The translations under genes were made by a program, and so were the position numbers. The notes under the pieces are model-generated. The model was not told the DNA's origin. It worked only from the letters and a program-made list of their open reading frames with translations, and searched no databases. A DNA stretch of 64,000 nt from Terriglobia bacterium (GTDB lineage Bacteria > Acidobacteriota > Terriglobia > 20CM-2-55-15): contig CBDCLE010000026.1 of NCBI GenBank assembly GCA_965218585.1, positions 32,001 to 96,000 on the forward strand, given 5' to 3'. Position 1 is the stretch's first letter, and the number at the start of each line of letters is the position of its first letter. This document shows, piece after piece, positions 62,305 to 64,000 of the stretch.

Positions 62305-63547
62305 ATGCTGACGGCAGAAATTATCGCGATCGGTTCGGAACTTCTGACTCCCCGATTCCATGACACCAACTCCTCGTTTCTAACTGAACAACTCAACCGA
62401 ATGGGAATATCGGTAGCGATGTGCACGGTCGCTGGAGACCATGAAGACAGCCTCGAACACGCGCTGAAATCTGCGATGGAGCGAACGCCTGTCATCATCA
62501 CGACGGGCGGTCTCGGCCCGACCGAAGACGACATCACCCGAAAGGCCGTCGCACAGGCGACGCTTCGTCAGCTGGTCCTAGACGATGTCGTGCTGGAAAA
62601 GATCAAAGCACGTTTCGTTCGGGCGGCCAGGGCGATGCCACCAAACAACGAACGTCAAGCCCTGGTCCCGTCTGGCGCTGAGGTGTTGGACAACCCTAAC
62701 GGCACGGCGCCCCGGTCTTTGGCTCTCCGAGGGAAGGAACACTCTGATCCTGCTTCCTGGACCACCGCGGGAACTCGAACCGATGTTTGAGCGACTCTGT
62801 TACCCACGCCTTGCAAAGATGGCCGGATCACTGGCAATGTCCCGTCGTATCTATCGAACGACCGGACTGCCCGAATCTACGCTCGACGCCCGCATTGCAC
62901 CCATCTACATCAAGTATAAGAACACGGAAACAACCGTGCTTTCAAAACCGGGACAGGTCGACATCCACCTCATCGCACGTGCGAAGACCATCCAGGAAGC
63001 GGACCAATTACTGGAAGAGCTCGGGCATCAAATCGATCAGGAACTCGGAGACTCTGTGTTTGCACGCACTGACCAGGGGCTCGAAGAAGTTGTGGGGATG
63101 TACCTGGTTATGAAGGGCGCCACAATCTCGGTTGCTGAATCCTGCACGGGAGGACTGATGGCCGAACGCCTGACATCCATTCCGGGAAGCTCACGCTATT
63201 TTGCCTCCGGAATGGTGACCTACAGCAACGAATCCAAGATCGAGCTCGCCGGCATTCCACCACTGGTGCTGGAAATGCAAGGCGCCGTCAGCAAGGAAAT
63301 TGCTGTCGGACTCGCCGAGAGCGTGCGAGAAAAGGTTGGCTCGACGATCGGCGTGGGTATAACCGGCATAGCGGGTCCGGGCGGTGGGACGCCGGAGAAA
63401 CCGGTGGGCACGGTGCACGCAGCTGTTTCGGGACCGACTGGCACACGGCACCTCCAATTCGTGTTTCCAGGCGCGCGTGACAGAATCCGCTGGCAGTCCT
63501 CACAGGCGGCTCTCGACATGGTGCGGCGTTACCTTGAAACCATCTGA
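62305..63547 (+). CDS. cinA: CinA-like (MocF + NMN deamidase PncC), +1 frameshift near 62712
   Basis: IGSELL, DTNS, GGLGPTEDD, GTAP/GLW split at C4 run, AESCTGG, TGIAGP. Confidence 0.92.
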
Positions 63548-63549
63548 AC

Positions 63550-64000
63550 GTGCGCTTGTTCGTCGCAATGGATTTGACACAATCTGTCATCGAGTCCTTC
63601 GAGGAACTGCGACGACACTTGGAACTACTGGCGGGTAACGCACGATGGGTTCGCCCTGAATCGATGCATCTGACCTTGAAGTTTCTTGGCGACGTATCTA
63701 CAACACGGTTGGACAGCGTTAAAGAACGACTCGCCACGATTCAGCGGTCCGCTTTTAAAGTCACCGTTTCCGGTGTAGGCTTTTTTCCGATGCGGGCCCC
63801 CCGGGTTTTTTGGGTGGGTGCTCTGTCGGAGGATCTGGAACAACTGGCCCGAGACGTCGAAAAGCAGATGATCGAACTGGATTTTCCACGTGAACGTCGC
63901 AATTTACGCCTCACCTGACGTTGGCCCGTAGCAGACGGGACGGGCGAATGAATCGCAATATGGTTCGGGCAGCGGAAAAGTTTCGGAACCATGATTTTGG
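63550..64000 (+). CDS. thpR: RNA 2',3'-cyclic phosphodiesterase, -1 frameshift near 63902, 3' partial
   Basis: MRLFVA, HLTLKFLG, PRVFW; second motif PHLTLAR in shifted frame. Confidence 0.88.

Noticed and set aside
62700-62720. Programmed frameshifting in cinA, pgpA or thpR
   Set aside because: No slippery heptamer or stimulatory structure; sequencing indels are more parsimonious

Overview
Bacterial chromosomal window, most consistent with an Acidobacteriota genome (inferred from the DUF1592/DUF1552 pair, the MIGQTISHY-type kinase-TPR protein, DUF5916 and the rimO-pgpA-cinA-thpR order). Left third (1-24.5 kb) is accessory: endostatin-like/cytochrome c genes, a complete IS1380, an IS5 remnant, several truncated or chimeric genes, and a MarR-controlled operon (QueG-like FeS-SCP2 fusion, NmrA-like, LigI-like lactonase, Pro-1 tautomerase). 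Middle (24.7-36.6 kb): fused 2-oxoacid dehydrogenase E1, an orphan EgtB/SenA-like enzyme, a signal-peptide-bearing UbiB kinase and redox genes. 36.7-54.4 kb is an amino-acid biosynthesis supercluster (aroF-pheA, ilvDBNCA, tetR-leuAB/leuCD, proBA). Its most striking unannotated signals are a Tyr/Phe/Trp-rich leader-peptide attenuator before aroF, an apparently leaderless Ile/Val/Leu attenuator before ilvD, a perfect 30-bp palindrome between tetR-leuAB and leuCD, and eroded feedback motifs in IlvN and PheA. Right end: moxR-DUF58-transglutaminase and rimO-yacG-pgpA-propeller-cinA-thpR. Three single-base frameshifts, two in-frame TAGs and three abrupt junctions suggest some sequencing/assembly error. 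No rRNA, tRNA or CRISPR array was recognised. All family calls are from motif recognition by eye, not database searches.
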